Positions 49,637 through 59,304 of a DNA stretch of 64,000 nt are shown here, in pieces. Within the stretch, counting starts at the first letter, position 1, and each line of letters starts with the position of its first letter. Position numbers and translations under genes: made by a program. The DNA is from Alphaproteobacteria bacterium. GTDB taxonomy: Bacteria > Pseudomonadota > Alphaproteobacteria > UBA828. The stretch lies in the NCBI GenBank assembly GCA_965262755.1, contig OZ253557.1, forward strand, positions 718,619 to 782,618. The letters are read 5' to 3'. The notes beneath the pieces are model-generated. The model made no database searches, had not been told where the DNA came from, and saw nothing but the letters and a program-made list of their open reading frames with translations.

Positions 49637-51334
49637 CTAGAGCTGCCAGTCGCGCAGGTCGGCCTCGGCCAGTTCCTCGATCGGGTCGAGCAACTCCGAC
49701 GTCGCGGCCCCCTTCAGCGCCCAGATCAGCAGGTCGGAGAGCGGGAAGTCGATGGCGTCGTCGGCGACCTTTTCGACGATTTTCTCCAGCCGGTCCTTCA
49801 GCCGATCGCGGATCTGCCGGGCCGTGAGCTTGCCGCGCGGCCATGGCATAGCGCCGTCCGGCTGCCGCGCCCGGCCAACCAGCGGGATCAGTGGCAGGAA
49901 GCCGTCGCCGGCTTCCTGGCCGAAGGCCTGCTTCTGTGCGTCGGTCCAGCGCCCGACGAAGATCGGGTTAGTCTCGGCCAGCGCCAACTCCTCGGCCAGG
50001 TGGGTGCGGCAGTTGGCACGGCCCAGCATGTAGTCGTGGCGCCGGTACTCGTCCTCGAAGAAGCCGAGGAAGGCGCTGAGGCCGGCAGTGGCCAGCGCCT
50101 TCTCGCCGCTGATGGTGCCGCGCTGCGGGATCGCCAGGTAGCGCGAGAACACGTCTGGATCGGCCATCAGCAGCAGGTCGGTGGTGGCGTAGCGGCCCTG
50201 GCTCACCAAGCTGGACAGCACCGCCCCGCCCAGCTTCACCAAGCTCTCGAAACGGTCCGGTCCGAGCTGCCCGGTGCCCGGCAACGGGTCGATCAGCATC
50301 ACGCCGCGGTTCGCCTCGGCGCGGTCGCGCGGGTTCCGGCCGGTGACGCCGGCCAGGAACGTGCGTGCCAGCTCGATCGGCTCGTTGTTGAAGGTGCCGC
50401 CATCGACCGACAGGAAGGCATATTCGTCGCCAACGCCGCTGCCGGTCCAGTCGGGGCGTAGCGGTGCCACCTTCACCTGGCCGTCGTCGCCGGGAACGAC
50501 GGCGACGCGGTAGTCGTAGTGCGTACGCGGCCGGCGTAGCCCGACCGCCGGGAAGCCGAGCGGGAAGGCGCCGCTGGCACGCGCGTAGCTGGCGAGCGTC
50601 AACCAGTTGACCGCCGGCGCCTGGCCACCGTCCTGCACGAAGAACTCGTCCGGTCGCAGGCCGCCGGGCACGCCGCCGCCGGCGCCGATGTCGCAGGCGA
50701 AGCGGGCGTGGTCGGCGTGGAAGCGGTAGCTCTGCCGGCCGAGGTGGCCGAAGTCGATTTCGTACGGTACGCCGGTGAGGTTGGCGAGCGTGACGATGAC
50801 GCGGAACGGGTTATCGACGTAGGGCCGCGCCAGCCAGCCAGCCGGCAGCGGACCGCCCTGGAAGGCCGCGGCCGCCTTCGTCGCCTGGCCGATCGCCTTG
50901 CCGTTGAACAGCGACTTCAGCGGCTGGCCGGCGGCGATGTCGTTGGTCTCGACGAAGCCGGCGATGTCCAGGTCCTGCACCCAGGTCTTGTAGAACGGGT
51001 TGCGGTCCCACTCGACCTCAGGCGAGGCCGGCGAGATGTGCGGGAAGCCGAAGGCCAGCGCGCGGGCAAGGATGGCGGCGCACACGCCGCCGCCGGACGC
51101 GCCGGCCGCGACGCGGAGCTTCACGTCGTGGCCGGGCACCTCTTCGTCGTTCGTCTTCGCCACGTACCAGGCGTCCAGCGCCTCGATGAGCTTGTCCAGG
51201 TATCCCGCCGTGTAGGCGCCGGCGGAGACCGTGCCGCCCAGCACCAGGGCGACCTCGAAGGTGCCGTCGGGCGGGCTCGGCGTGGCGTTGCTGTTCAGGA
51301 CCTGCAGGATCTCGTCGGCCGTCGGCATCGTCAT
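49637..51334 (-). CDS. patatin-like phospholipase
   Basis: LVLGGTVSAGAYTAG, GASGG nucleophile elbow, ASGAFP, DGG. Confidence 0.9.
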   Translation of the reverse strand: MTMPTADEILQVLNSNATPSPPDGTFEVALVLGGTVSAGAYTAGYLDKLIEALDAWYVAKTNDEEVPGHDVKLRVAAGASGGGVCAAILARALAFGFPHISPASPEVEWDRNPFYKTWVQDLDIAGFVETNDIAAGQPLKSLFNGKAIGQATKAAAAFQGGPLPAGWLARPYVDNPFRVIVTLANLTGVPYEIDFGHLGRQSYRFHADHARFACDIGAGGGVPGGLRPDEFFVQDGGQAPAVNWLTLASYARASGAFPLGFPAVGLRRPRTHYDYRVAVVPGDDGQVKVAPLRPDWTGSGVGDEYAFLSVDGGTFNNEPIELARTFLAGVTGRNPRDRAEANRGVMLIDPLPGTGQLGPDRFESLVKLGGAVLSSLVSQGRYATTDLLLMADPDVFSRYLAIPQRGTISGEKALATAGLSAFLGFFEDEYRRHDYMLGRANCRTHLAEELALAETNPIFVGRWTDAQKQAFGQEAGDGFLPLIPLVGRARQPDGAMPWPRGKLTARQIRDRLKDRLEKIVEKVADDAIDFPLSDLLIWALKGAATSELLDPIEELAEADLRDWQL

Positions 51335-51415
51335 TCCCCCTTCGCTGCGTACCGCCAACTCTACATTAGCCGACATTCCCCGGATGACCGCCGGTTTCAG
51401 CCGTGATGGTAACCG

Positions 51416-51641
51416 ATGGAATGGACGCCCCCTCCCGACGGCATCGAATCGTGCCAAGGTGGCGGTGGCATCAACGCCACGACGAAGGAGGAGGCGTCCA
51501 TGGATCAGGTTAGCATCATCGGGATTGATCTCGCGAAGCACAGTTTTCAGTTGCACGGCGCGCTGGATGACGGGTCCGTCGCATTCCGCAAGAAGCTGAG
51601 CCGCGGGAAGGTGCTCGACTTCCTCGCCTCTCAGCCGCCCT
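51416..51641 (+). pseudogene. IS110/IS1111-family left end and transposase N-terminal fragment
   Basis: ATGGAATGGACGCCCC end; MDQVSIIGIDLAKHSFQLHG...RKKLSR from 51500. Confidence 0.85.
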
Positions 51642-51803
51642 TCCGTAATGGGGCGTTTGCCGTCAAGCGCGTTTTTTTCATCAGCGATCGCCGCGATCCT
51701 AATTTCGGCTCGCGGACCAAGGTGTTGATCGGCATCGTCGTGTGACCCCTCGGTATCTAAGAGAATCAACACGTTGCCGCGCCGATCACCGTCCAATGTG
51801 CGT

Positions 51804-52041
51804 GCTCTTGAGTAACAGATGCCTAAGCGATTGACAGCATTGGGTTTTGCGTTTCGTCGTTTTGCGGTGCCGGGACGAGTTGGAGCCCGAGTTTTCGGGC
51901 TTAACATCGGGTGCCGCTACAGCACGCCAGTGCGCGAACGGCCTCTTCACCCCACCCGCAGCCACTTCAAGCCCGAGGCGTCGCAGACACAAGCCCCCGT
52001 TACTCCCGCGACCGAGCCGGAGCGACGCGCAGGTGGAAGCT
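51804..52041 (-). mobile_element. mini-IS110 (internally deleted derivative) in tandem with the full element
   Basis: 51804-51902 resembles 52039-52137; 51898-52041 matches 53605-53748 with 4 substitutions; fused at GGCTT. Confidence 0.88.
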
Positions 52042-52057
52042 CTTGAGTAACAGGTGC

Positions 52058-53476
52058 CTAAGCGATTGACAGCATTGGGTTCTGTTTTTCCTCTCCTTGC
52101 ATTTTCGGGACGAGTTGGAGCCCGAGTTTTCGGGCTTGGCGGTCGAGATGAGCGAACTTTCTGTTGAGGCGCCGCTTCTCGTAGGCGTCGATGCCCTGCT
52201 CGACGTATTTCTGGCCTTCGGTCACCATGAGGTAGATCAGGCAGGCGAGTTCGCGGGCGGTCGCCTTGATCGCAACGGGGGTGTCCATTCGGGCGAGCCT
52301 TGCGCGGTGCTTGGCGCCGATGAAGGTCTCGCTGCGGCGCGCGGCCATGGCCGCCATGCGCAGGGCCTGCCCGACGGGGTTGACCGCCTTCGGCGACTTG
52401 CCGGGGAGGTTCTTGCCGCCGCTGATCCTGGTTCCCGGCGCGAGCGCAAGCCAGGAGCAGAAGTGCTGGGCGGAGGGGAAGGCGGAGAAGTCCGGGCCGA
52501 TCTCCGAGGCGATCACCAGTGCGGTACCGGGACCGATGGTGGGGATCGCGGTGAGGTCGACGCCCATCATTCCGCGCAACGCCAGGGCCTGGATGCCCTC
52601 CTTGCCGGTGTAGTTGCTTGCGGCGTTCGCAGAGCGGCTCGACGCGGTTTCGGAGGTCGTGCCGGGGGCAGGGTCCGGCGCGCCGCCGTCCGGGAGATCG
52701 TCCGGCGGTGCCAGGCGCTCGATCTCGGCCATCACCCGGACCTCGCAGTCGTCGATCTGCTGGGTCAGGAAGTCGTAGCGCTGCATGGCCTGTTCGAGGG
52801 CGAAGAGGTGCTCCTCGCGCCACGTCCCCTGAAGGCTCGCGGCGATCGTATCGGCGTCGGCCTTGATGCCCCGGTGGCGGAGCGTCGCCAGGCGCTCTGG
52901 GTCACGCTCGCCGTCGATGATCGCGCGCAGGATGCGCTGGCCGGTCAGTCCCGTGATGTTGGCGATCACCGAGTCGAGCTTGACGTTCATCTCGGTCAGC
53001 GCCTTCTGCATGTGCAGGACGCAGCGGGAGCGGTCCCTGGTCAGCCGCCTCATCTGGCGTGCGTAGGAGCGCAGCGGGCAAACCTCGTCGCCCGGACGGA
53101 ACGCTCCCCGCAGCAGGCCGTAGGACATCAGCTGCCAGATCCACTGGCAGTCCAGCACGTCGCTCTTGCGCCCGCCGATCTGCTTCGTCATGCGCGGCGG
53201 CACCAGCATCACCTCGAAGCCCGCGCGCTCCAGCGTCTCGTAGACCGGGATCCAGTAGACCGAGGTCGACTCCATCGCGACCTTGGTCACCCCGCACGAC
53301 GCCAGCCACGCCGCCATCTCCTCCAGATCGCGGGTAAAGGAGCCGAACGAACGCACCGGCTCATCGCTGCGTTCCGGGTCGACCGCCACGAAATGCCGGT
53401 CCTTGCCGATGTCGATCCCTGCGCAGTCCGGGTTCACCACCCTGAGGCGCCGGGTTCTTCGAGACTTGCGCGCCAT
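52058..53476 (-). CDS. IS110-family DEDD recombinase/transposase
   Basis: GIDIG, MESTS, KSDVLD, IPTIG, LAPGTRISGG, ATARELA. Confidence 0.96.
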   Translation of the reverse strand: MARKSRRTRRLRVVNPDCAGIDIGKDRHFVAVDPERSDEPVRSFGSFTRDLEEMAAWLASCGVTKVAMESTSVYWIPVYETLERAGFEVMLVPPRMTKQIGGRKSDVLDCQWIWQLMSYGLLRGAFRPGDEVCPLRSYARQMRRLTRDRSRCVLHMQKALTEMNVKLDSVIANITGLTGQRILRAIIDGERDPERLATLRHRGIKADADTIAASLQGTWREEHLFALEQAMQRYDFLTQQIDDCEVRVMAEIERLAPPDDLPDGGAPDPAPGTTSETASSRSANAASNYTGKEGIQALALRGMMGVDLTAIPTIGPGTALVIASEIGPDFSAFPSAQHFCSWLALAPGTRISGGKNLPGKSPKAVNPVGQALRMAAMAARRSETFIGAKHRARLARMDTPVAIKATARELACLIYLMVTEGQKYVEQGIDAYEKRRLNRKFAHLDRQARKLGLQLVPKMQGEEKQNPMLSIA

Positions 53477-53489
53477 GGAACATCCTCCC

Positions 53490-53700
53490 AGGTTTCATCT
53501 CCGTCGCGAGTGGGGAGGAACCATGTTCGAAGTCCCATTCTCTTGAACGAGGTCACGGGAAACCCGCGCCATCAGTGACCGAGGCGACAAAATGGTTCGG
53601 ACCAGGCTTAACATCGGGTGCCGCTACAGCACGCCAGTGCTCGAACGGCCTCTTCACCCCACCCGCAGCCAGTTCAAGCCCGAGGCGTCGCAGACACAAG
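53490..53700 (-). ncRNA. putative IS110 bridge RNA
   Basis: Structured non-coding end with target-matching segments at 53628-53634 and 53606-53613 and a donor-matching segment at 53540-53546. Transcript ends are approximate. Confidence 0.7.
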
Positions 53701-53907
53701 CCCCCGTTACTCCCGCGACCGAGCCGGAGCGCCGCGCAGGTGGAGGCTTAACAACACCCTGACTCTACCCAAGGAAGACCAATGAATGTGTCTTGAATAA
53801 GAATCTCAACTCAGGAAGGCGAACGCCATCTATCCACTGAAGTGAATCTCTTCATTGATTGACCCAGATGCTCAAATTTGCAATTTTATGTACGAACACT
53901 TTTCCCT

Positions 53908-54450
53908 CTATTTTGGCCTGCTAATGTCTTCGAAGAACTCCACCGTACAGTTGATCAAATCCGCTCGCTTCTGCACTAAAGATGAGCTGGCTGGCGCTTG
54001 TTGACTACTAGCGTCAGATCCGTCGCACAGATAGCCGCCATTCTTCCTGTCATCGCACACCGCGTGGACATTGAGCTGCATACTCAACGTCCTGTTATCC
54101 TCATCAATACGAAGGCATCCGGGATACATCTGGGCCAACTTGACTGGAAACCTCGGCTTTTGCTCGATCACAGTAGTAATGTCACAAATACGCAATTGCG
54201 CTGCGGCGCCTTCCAGCGTCCAGCAATCCGGTATTAGCGTTTGATCCTTCATCCACTTCAGACTGCCGCGAGCACAACGATCACCAGGATGGACATCCAC
54301 CGATACCAATTTATCTTCGAAATACCAATCTACTACCTTAGTAATTCCTCCTAATCCAACAAAGCCAACGATCCAAACAAGAATCTTAAAGACCAAGTGC
54401 AGCCGTCCATACCATTTGAGAGCACTACGGAAATTATTCCCGGCGTTCAC
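53908..54450 (-). CDS. low-GC membrane-anchored Cys-rich hypothetical protein
   Basis: N-terminal TM segment and several Cys; GGGAG upstream. Confidence 0.65.
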   Translation of the reverse strand: MNAGNNFRSALKWYGRLHLVFKILVWIVGFVGLGGITKVVDWYFEDKLVSVDVHPGDRCARGSLKWMKDQTLIPDCWTLEGAAAQLRICDITTVIEQKPRFPVKLAQMYPGCLRIDEDNRTLSMQLNVHAVCDDRKNGGYLCDGSDASSQQAPASSSLVQKRADLINCTVEFFEDISRPK

Positions 54451-54480
54451 AGCACGGCGCTCCCTAATACACGTTCTGCA

Positions 54481-55104
54481 TTAGCGGACAGCCCAGTGCA
54501 GCTGTTCACGCAGGTAGTATACAAGGAAATAGTCGAAATCAAACCTGAGAGTAAGCCAGCCGTTCGGATGCACGCCGCATCCGAACCTACCCTCTCCAAT
54601 AAGCTTTCCATCCCCTGGGTAATCGCTCGCGACGAACTTCCTCATGCATGAGTTCAAAACTTCCTCGCCTCTAGCAAGGGTCTCACTAATTTCACTTGCA
54701 AGCTCTTCTCGAGGAATATCGTTGAATTCCCTCAGCACAGCAGCTCCTTGACCCCACATCGTCCACTGATTAAAGTGCTCACTAAACATTCTTGCGAGCG
54801 CGCCATTGGCTTGGCTCTCTGTGAGATTCTTGAGCATTTCGTCAAACTGCAGCTCGCTCTGCGACGCAGTGGTAGACTCAAGAGATTCGATGTCAAACGT
54901 GCACCAGTCACGCTCTTCATCAGTAATCAGGAAGCACTTGGCGGCGTTTGTCACCTCAGCGCCGTCCTCATTGTCGTTCAATTCTTCGAGATCGCACTTG
55001 CATTTTTCTTTTGTTGCGCCCGCATCGGCTGAAGCCGGAAAAATCAAAAGTCCCAGCAGCACCGCAAGCAGGAAGGGGCACAATGCATGCCTCTTTGTGT
55101 ACAT
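54481..55104 (-). CDS. low-GC exported Cys-rich hypothetical protein
   Basis: GGAGG RBS; signal peptide ...LLIFPASADA. Confidence 0.75.
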   Translation of the reverse strand: MYTKRHALCPFLLAVLLGLLIFPASADAGATKEKCKCDLEELNDNEDGAEVTNAAKCFLITDEERDWCTFDIESLESTTASQSELQFDEMLKNLTESQANGALARMFSEHFNQWTMWGQGAAVLREFNDIPREELASEISETLARGEEVLNSCMRKFVASDYPGDGKLIGEGRFGCGVHPNGWLTLRFDFDYFLVYYLREQLHWAVR

Positions 55105-55464
55105 CTTACTATCCTCCAGTTGTCGAAACTCCCGGTTAACTTTCCACTCAGTTAAGAACAGGGATGCAAGCGCCAACTTGGTATACTAACACATGTCAAA
55201 TGTTCCGATTGAAAGTGTTCGTTCTCTAGCAAAGAAGTTTTTTCAAGAATTAGTCTTGTGCGTACTGGACGTGGCGAATAGAGCGGTTCTAGTGAAGCCG
55301 TGCAATAGCGGTAGGTTCCTCTGCGCTAGCGAGATGAACTCGCGCCACACGATATTTGAAGATAGGCGTATACCATTGTGGTTTTTGGAATATCAGTTTC
55401 CAACGGACTGGTCAAGAAATCGGCTGTTGTGGGTGACGTACGCGATTATGTGTCAGGCGGGAAA

Positions 55465-55592
55465 GGGGTACTCCCTGTGGTTGTCCAAGAGCCACGAGCG
55501 GGAGCACCCCGATGCCACAGCGCACTGCGACGATTGAGAGTCTACCGATGGCCTTCGCCGCCGTGAAGGAAATGCAAGAAGAAGGACTGTAG
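55465..55592 (+). pseudogene. possible IS256-type left end and first codons
   Basis: MPQRTATIESLPMAFAAVKEMQEEGL-stop resembles a transposase N-terminus; recognition is weak. Confidence 0.3.
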
Positions 55593-55943
55593 CGCTGTCT
55601 TGCCCTCGGGGTCCTTCACTTCAAGCCAATCGAGAGCGTGCACCAGCGAGAGGACGGCGTCGAGCGGTGCGGTGCCCGAAGTCACCAAACGAGACGACCA
55701 GCCGTTCGAGGAATTCGAGCGGCATCCAGAACCCGCATGGCTAGAACGAGGCAGGCTGAGCAGGAAACGGCGCGCAGGTGCGGCGCCGGTTGACTGGCCA
55801 GGGGCGGATGTGGGGCTTGGCTTCGCCGGGTCCGGTTGGCCTTCAAGGACGCAAGATTGCACGGCTGGCAACAGGTGCGGAATCGCTAGCGCTTCCTCGT
55901 GCTAATTTCACGAAGGATCCGGAGAGGCAGGCTGGGAAGGCTG

Positions 55944-57371
55944 ATGAAGTCGACCGGGTGCACGCGTATCTGGCTGCGAGCGGCGGTGCTGTGGAGCGCG
56001 TTGTGCGTGGCCGTTGCCCTGCTCGTACCCGGTTCGGCGTTCGCCGGAGCGGTCGAGGTCGACGCACGCGCGGCGCACCGGGCGGTGTGGAAGGTATACG
56101 GGGCGGGCAAATCGGGCACGGCCTTCGCCATTGGAGACCACCACTTCCTCACCTGCGCCCACGTCATCAAGGGTTTCGCCGACCACGGCGCGAAGGAGGT
56201 CTTCATCAACCAGCACGGGAGCACGGACGGCCGAAAGCTTCGGGTCAACTACGGTCATGCGGCGCTGACGCTCGTGCAGGACATCGCCCTGTTCACCACC
56301 AAGGAGACGGCGGACTACTACTTCGCCCTGGCGGAATCCGGCGCGTTGGAAGGCGTGGCCGGGCTTCGCATCATGGGCCACCCTGCCGGCCTCCCGCTGG
56401 AGACGCTGCGCCAGATCGACGCCATCACCTACGAGAATGAATTCCAGCTGGAGGTTCCCGCAGACAAGATCACGCGGGGCGGCCTCAGCGGATCGCCGCT
56501 GTTCGGGGATGACGGCAAAGTGGTGGGAATGCACTGCCAGGGCAGCGCCAACATGATCATTGCCGTGAAGGGCGAACATCTACGCCGGTTCCTCGATGGC
56601 GACCTGGCATGGACCGCCTGCAGGGACTATCCGTCGGTGGCGGTCTGTGTCGAGCGGGCGACGAGACAGACCCGAGAGCTGGCCGATGCGGGCGACCGGG
56701 TGGCGCAGTACCAACTCGGACGCGACGACGGCCACCTCGACAAGGACCCATCCATGTTGCGTCGGGCCGCGGAGGGCGGATTTGCGCCGGCACAGTTCTC
56801 CATGGGCATGCTACTGAAGGACCGTAAGAAATGGACGGAGGCGGCCCGGTGGTTCCGGTTGAGCGCCGCACAGGAAGATCCGGCCAGCCTGTACCAGCTC
56901 GGCTTGGCGTACTACAGAGGACGTGGGGTGGCTCGAGACCGCGCGCGGGCCTTCGAGCTCATGCTCCAGTCGGCCCGGAGCGGATACGCCACTGCCGAGT
57001 ATGGCGTGGGATTGCTGTACGAGATGGGAGGCGGAACCACGCGTGATGTGGCGACGGCGCGACAGTGGCTGAAACGGGCCGCGGACAAGGGGCTTGAGGA
57101 AGCACGGGAGAAACTAAAGTCACTATCGACGTCGCCAACGGACGGTGCCATGGAGCGCGGCACGCTGATGTGGGCGGCCAAGCGGTCGAACGTGCGCGCC
57201 GGGCCGGGGACGAGCTACGCGAAGGTGGGCCTCCTTGAGGTCGGACAGGCGGTTCGCGTAATCGAACGGATCGGAGCCTGGTTCAAGCTGCAACCGAAGC
57301 CCGGTCAGCCGGAGCGTTTCGTCTACGCGCCGCTGCTCAGCGAAACCGCACCCACCGCGGGGATCGAGTGA
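55944..57371 (+). CDS. exported trypsin-like serine protease with Sel1 repeats and C-terminal SH3
   Basis: Signal peptide, TCAHV, DIALF, GGLSGSP; AQYQLG/LYQLGLAYYRGRGVARD repeats; NVRAGPGTSY. Confidence 0.9.
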   Translation: MKSTGCTRIWLRAAVLWSALCVAVALLVPGSAFAGAVEVDARAAHRAVWKVYGAGKSGTAFAIGDHHFLTCAHVIKGFADHGAKEVFINQHGSTDGRKLRVNYGHAALTLVQDIALFTTKETADYYFALAESGALEGVAGLRIMGHPAGLPLETLRQIDAITYENEFQLEVPADKITRGGLSGSPLFGDDGKVVGMHCQGSANMIIAVKGEHLRRFLDGDLAWTACRDYPSVAVCVERATRQTRELADAGDRVAQYQLGRDDGHLDKDPSMLRRAAEGGFAPAQFSMGMLLKDRKKWTEAARWFRLSAAQEDPASLYQLGLAYYRGRGVARDRARAFELMLQSARSGYATAEYGVGLLYEMGGGTTRDVATARQWLKRAADKGLEEAREKLKSLSTSPTDGAMERGTLMWAAKRSNVRAGPGTSYAKVGLLEVGQAVRVIERIGAWFKLQPKPGQPERFVYAPLLSETAPTAGIE

Positions 57372-57820
57372 CAGACGTCTTATTCAACGCCGCATCGGCG
57401 ATGGGGAGGTGGCGTTGGCGCCCGAGCTTGGCAGGGGCGTTTGTCCTTCTCCTCGTGAGTGTGCTCGCCTATGGGCCGCCGCACGCGGCAGCCGAGAGCA
57501 TGGCCGATCTCGCGGTCTGGCAGATCGTCAACAAGAAGCGAACGTACACGGGAACCGCGTTCGCCATTAGAGAACGACACTTCCTGACCAATGCCCATGT
57601 CATCGAGGGTTTCGTCGATCACGACTCGAAACAGATCGTACTCAGGCAGCAGGGAAACGCGCTCGAACTCACCGTAAACTACCGCCGTGTAGCCCTCTCG
57701 CTGACTTATGATCTGGCGCTATTCACCACCCGCGAAGCGGTCGAGCACGTGTTGGAGCTCGCGGGACGAGAGACGCCATCCGCGAGTCGCAGCATCGCAT
57801 CGTCGGCTATCCGGGGTCGC
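57368..57820 (+). pseudogene. truncated trypsin-like paralogue
   Basis: GTAFAI, TNAHV, DLALFTT; frameshift before IVGYPG; catalytic Ser region missing. Confidence 0.75.
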
Positions 57821-57941
57821 GGCTTGGAAGGACTTGCGGACTGTTCCGTGACACTCGCGGTAAGGCCGTTCCGATCGACTCTCGCAGTACGGGCGAATGC
57901 AACGCGGGCGGGCCCGGGGAGCGGGGGTGGCAGGTCCGGGC

Positions 57942-58033
57942 TGTTGACCGGCGTCCAATGTTGACCCCTCATAGTCGCGTGATATCAACATGTTAGTGTG
58001 CCGATCGGCGTCGAATCGGCGCGCCGATCAACA
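57942..58033. mobile_element. 92-bp IS21-like-ended MITE, copy 4 (inverted relative to copies 1-2)
   Basis: TGTTGACCGGCG...CGCCGATCAACA, 92 bp; IHF consensus TATCAACATGTTA. Confidence 0.85.
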
Positions 58034-58589
58034 ATGTGACGTCGGGGGGCGCAGTCGCTGCTCCATGGATCGGGTCCCGTGATGGAGGTGCAACACACCC
58101 GCCATCCAGCCGTGCTGGCCCTGGCGGGCCTTCTCTCGCTCGCCGTCGGGATCGGGATCGGGCGCTTCGCCTACCTTATGGGTCTCCGACAGGATGCAAA
58201 CCGGCGTGTATCATCGGCCGCAACTGTCCGGTTTGTGGCCACTTGACGCCGACGTACCCGGGACCATTCGAAGGACAAGCGCACCCTTGTCACCCACACC
58301 CGCGAAGACGGCAGATCATCGCCGGGAGGCTTGACGGCCTTGGTCGTCGCTTCGAAAACGACTGTCCAGGGCGCACTCGGCGCGAATACCTCGACCGCCA
58401 TTTCCCGCTCGGCAGGGGGGGCCGGCTTCGACGCGTCCATGCTCGCGCCCACCCGGTGCCGGCGCCGACCCGGTTCTGCCGCCAGCGCACCCGCACCGGC
58501 AGCGTCGCCCGGCCTTCGGGCGAGGACCCGGCGCCGTTCCAGGCGCTGGAAAACGGGGTGCACCAAGCGGCGCAGGTGCGCAGCGGACG

Positions 58590-59225
58590 GTCAGCGCCGT
58601 CGTTGGAGCGAGGCACGGAAGCAGCGGATCGTAGCAGAGAGCTACAAGGCCGGGGTTCCGGTGTCGGTCGTGGCGCGCCGGTATACGCGCCGCGGCGATC
58701 TACACGCTGATCGGCACCGCAAGGCTCAACGACATCGACCCGCAGGCCTGGCTCGCCGATGTCCTCGACCGCATCGCCGACACGCCACAGACCCGACTGC
58801 ACCAACTTCTCCCCTGGCACTGGAAGACCGAACGCCGGATCAGACTCGCCGCTTGAGAGGCGGTCCTCTTCGGAGGTTTACGCTGAACGCCGCCTGTCGG
58901 GAGACCACGCTCGAGCGCCAGCGCCGGATCGCCGAGCTCTATTCCACTGAGGCCCATATCCGCGGCAGCCCGCCGGAGCGGCGCACCGCCCACCGCCAGG
59001 CTCGCTCCGCGCCCCTGGTCGAGGCTTTCGGCGAACCGCTGAAGGAGCAACGCCCCCGCGTCTCGCCCAAGTCTCGGCTCCGCGAGAAGCTCGCTCACAT
59101 CGCCCACCACTGGGACCGCCTCCGGGCCTTCCTCGCCGATGGCCGTGTCGAGATGCACAGCAACTGTGTCGAGAATCTCGCCCGGCCGATTGCCCCCACG
59201 AAAAACTGCGCTCTTCGCGGATCAC
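58590..59225 (+). pseudogene. scrambled IS66 debris (tnpA HTH, tnpC C-terminus with IR, tnpC core)
   Basis: RRWSEARKQRIVAES..VSVVARRY; LIGTARLNDIDPQAWLADVL..LLPW followed by ...GGTTTAC; DGRVEMHSNCVEN. Confidence 0.85.
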
Positions 59226-59304
59226 GATGACGACGCTATCACTTCCGCACCGAATACGACTGCGCTACGCTCTGTCACTGATCGATCCGACAGGAAGTAT
59301 TACC

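Larger units (their letters stand above)
52039..53748 (-). mobile_element. complete IS110-family element bounded by GCT/CT cores
   Basis: No terminal IRs; GCT at 52039 and 53746; 270-bp 5' non-coding end. Confidence 0.9.
51723..53756. mobile_element. 92-bp MITE copy 3, split by the IS110 tandem (84 bp at 51723-51806 plus 8 bp at 53749-53756)
   Basis: Joining the halves gives, on the - strand, TGTTGTTAAGCACGCACATTGGACGGTGATCGGC...GATGCCGATCAACA, 92 bp, colinear with copy 2. Confidence 0.85.

Noticed and set aside
49637-51907. 756-aa patatin ORF
   Set aside because: The extension beyond 51334 crosses IS110 and MITE sequence; an RBS precedes 51334.
53581-53590. GAGGC match to the left donor flank as a left-donor guide
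   Set aside because: Only 5 nt and in the wrong orientation for an IS621-type left donor guide.
53746-55200. GTTAAGC core plus low-GC genes as an integron attC/cassette array
   Set aside because: GTTAAGC is part of the MITE terminal repeat; no paired attC structures or integron integrase were seen.
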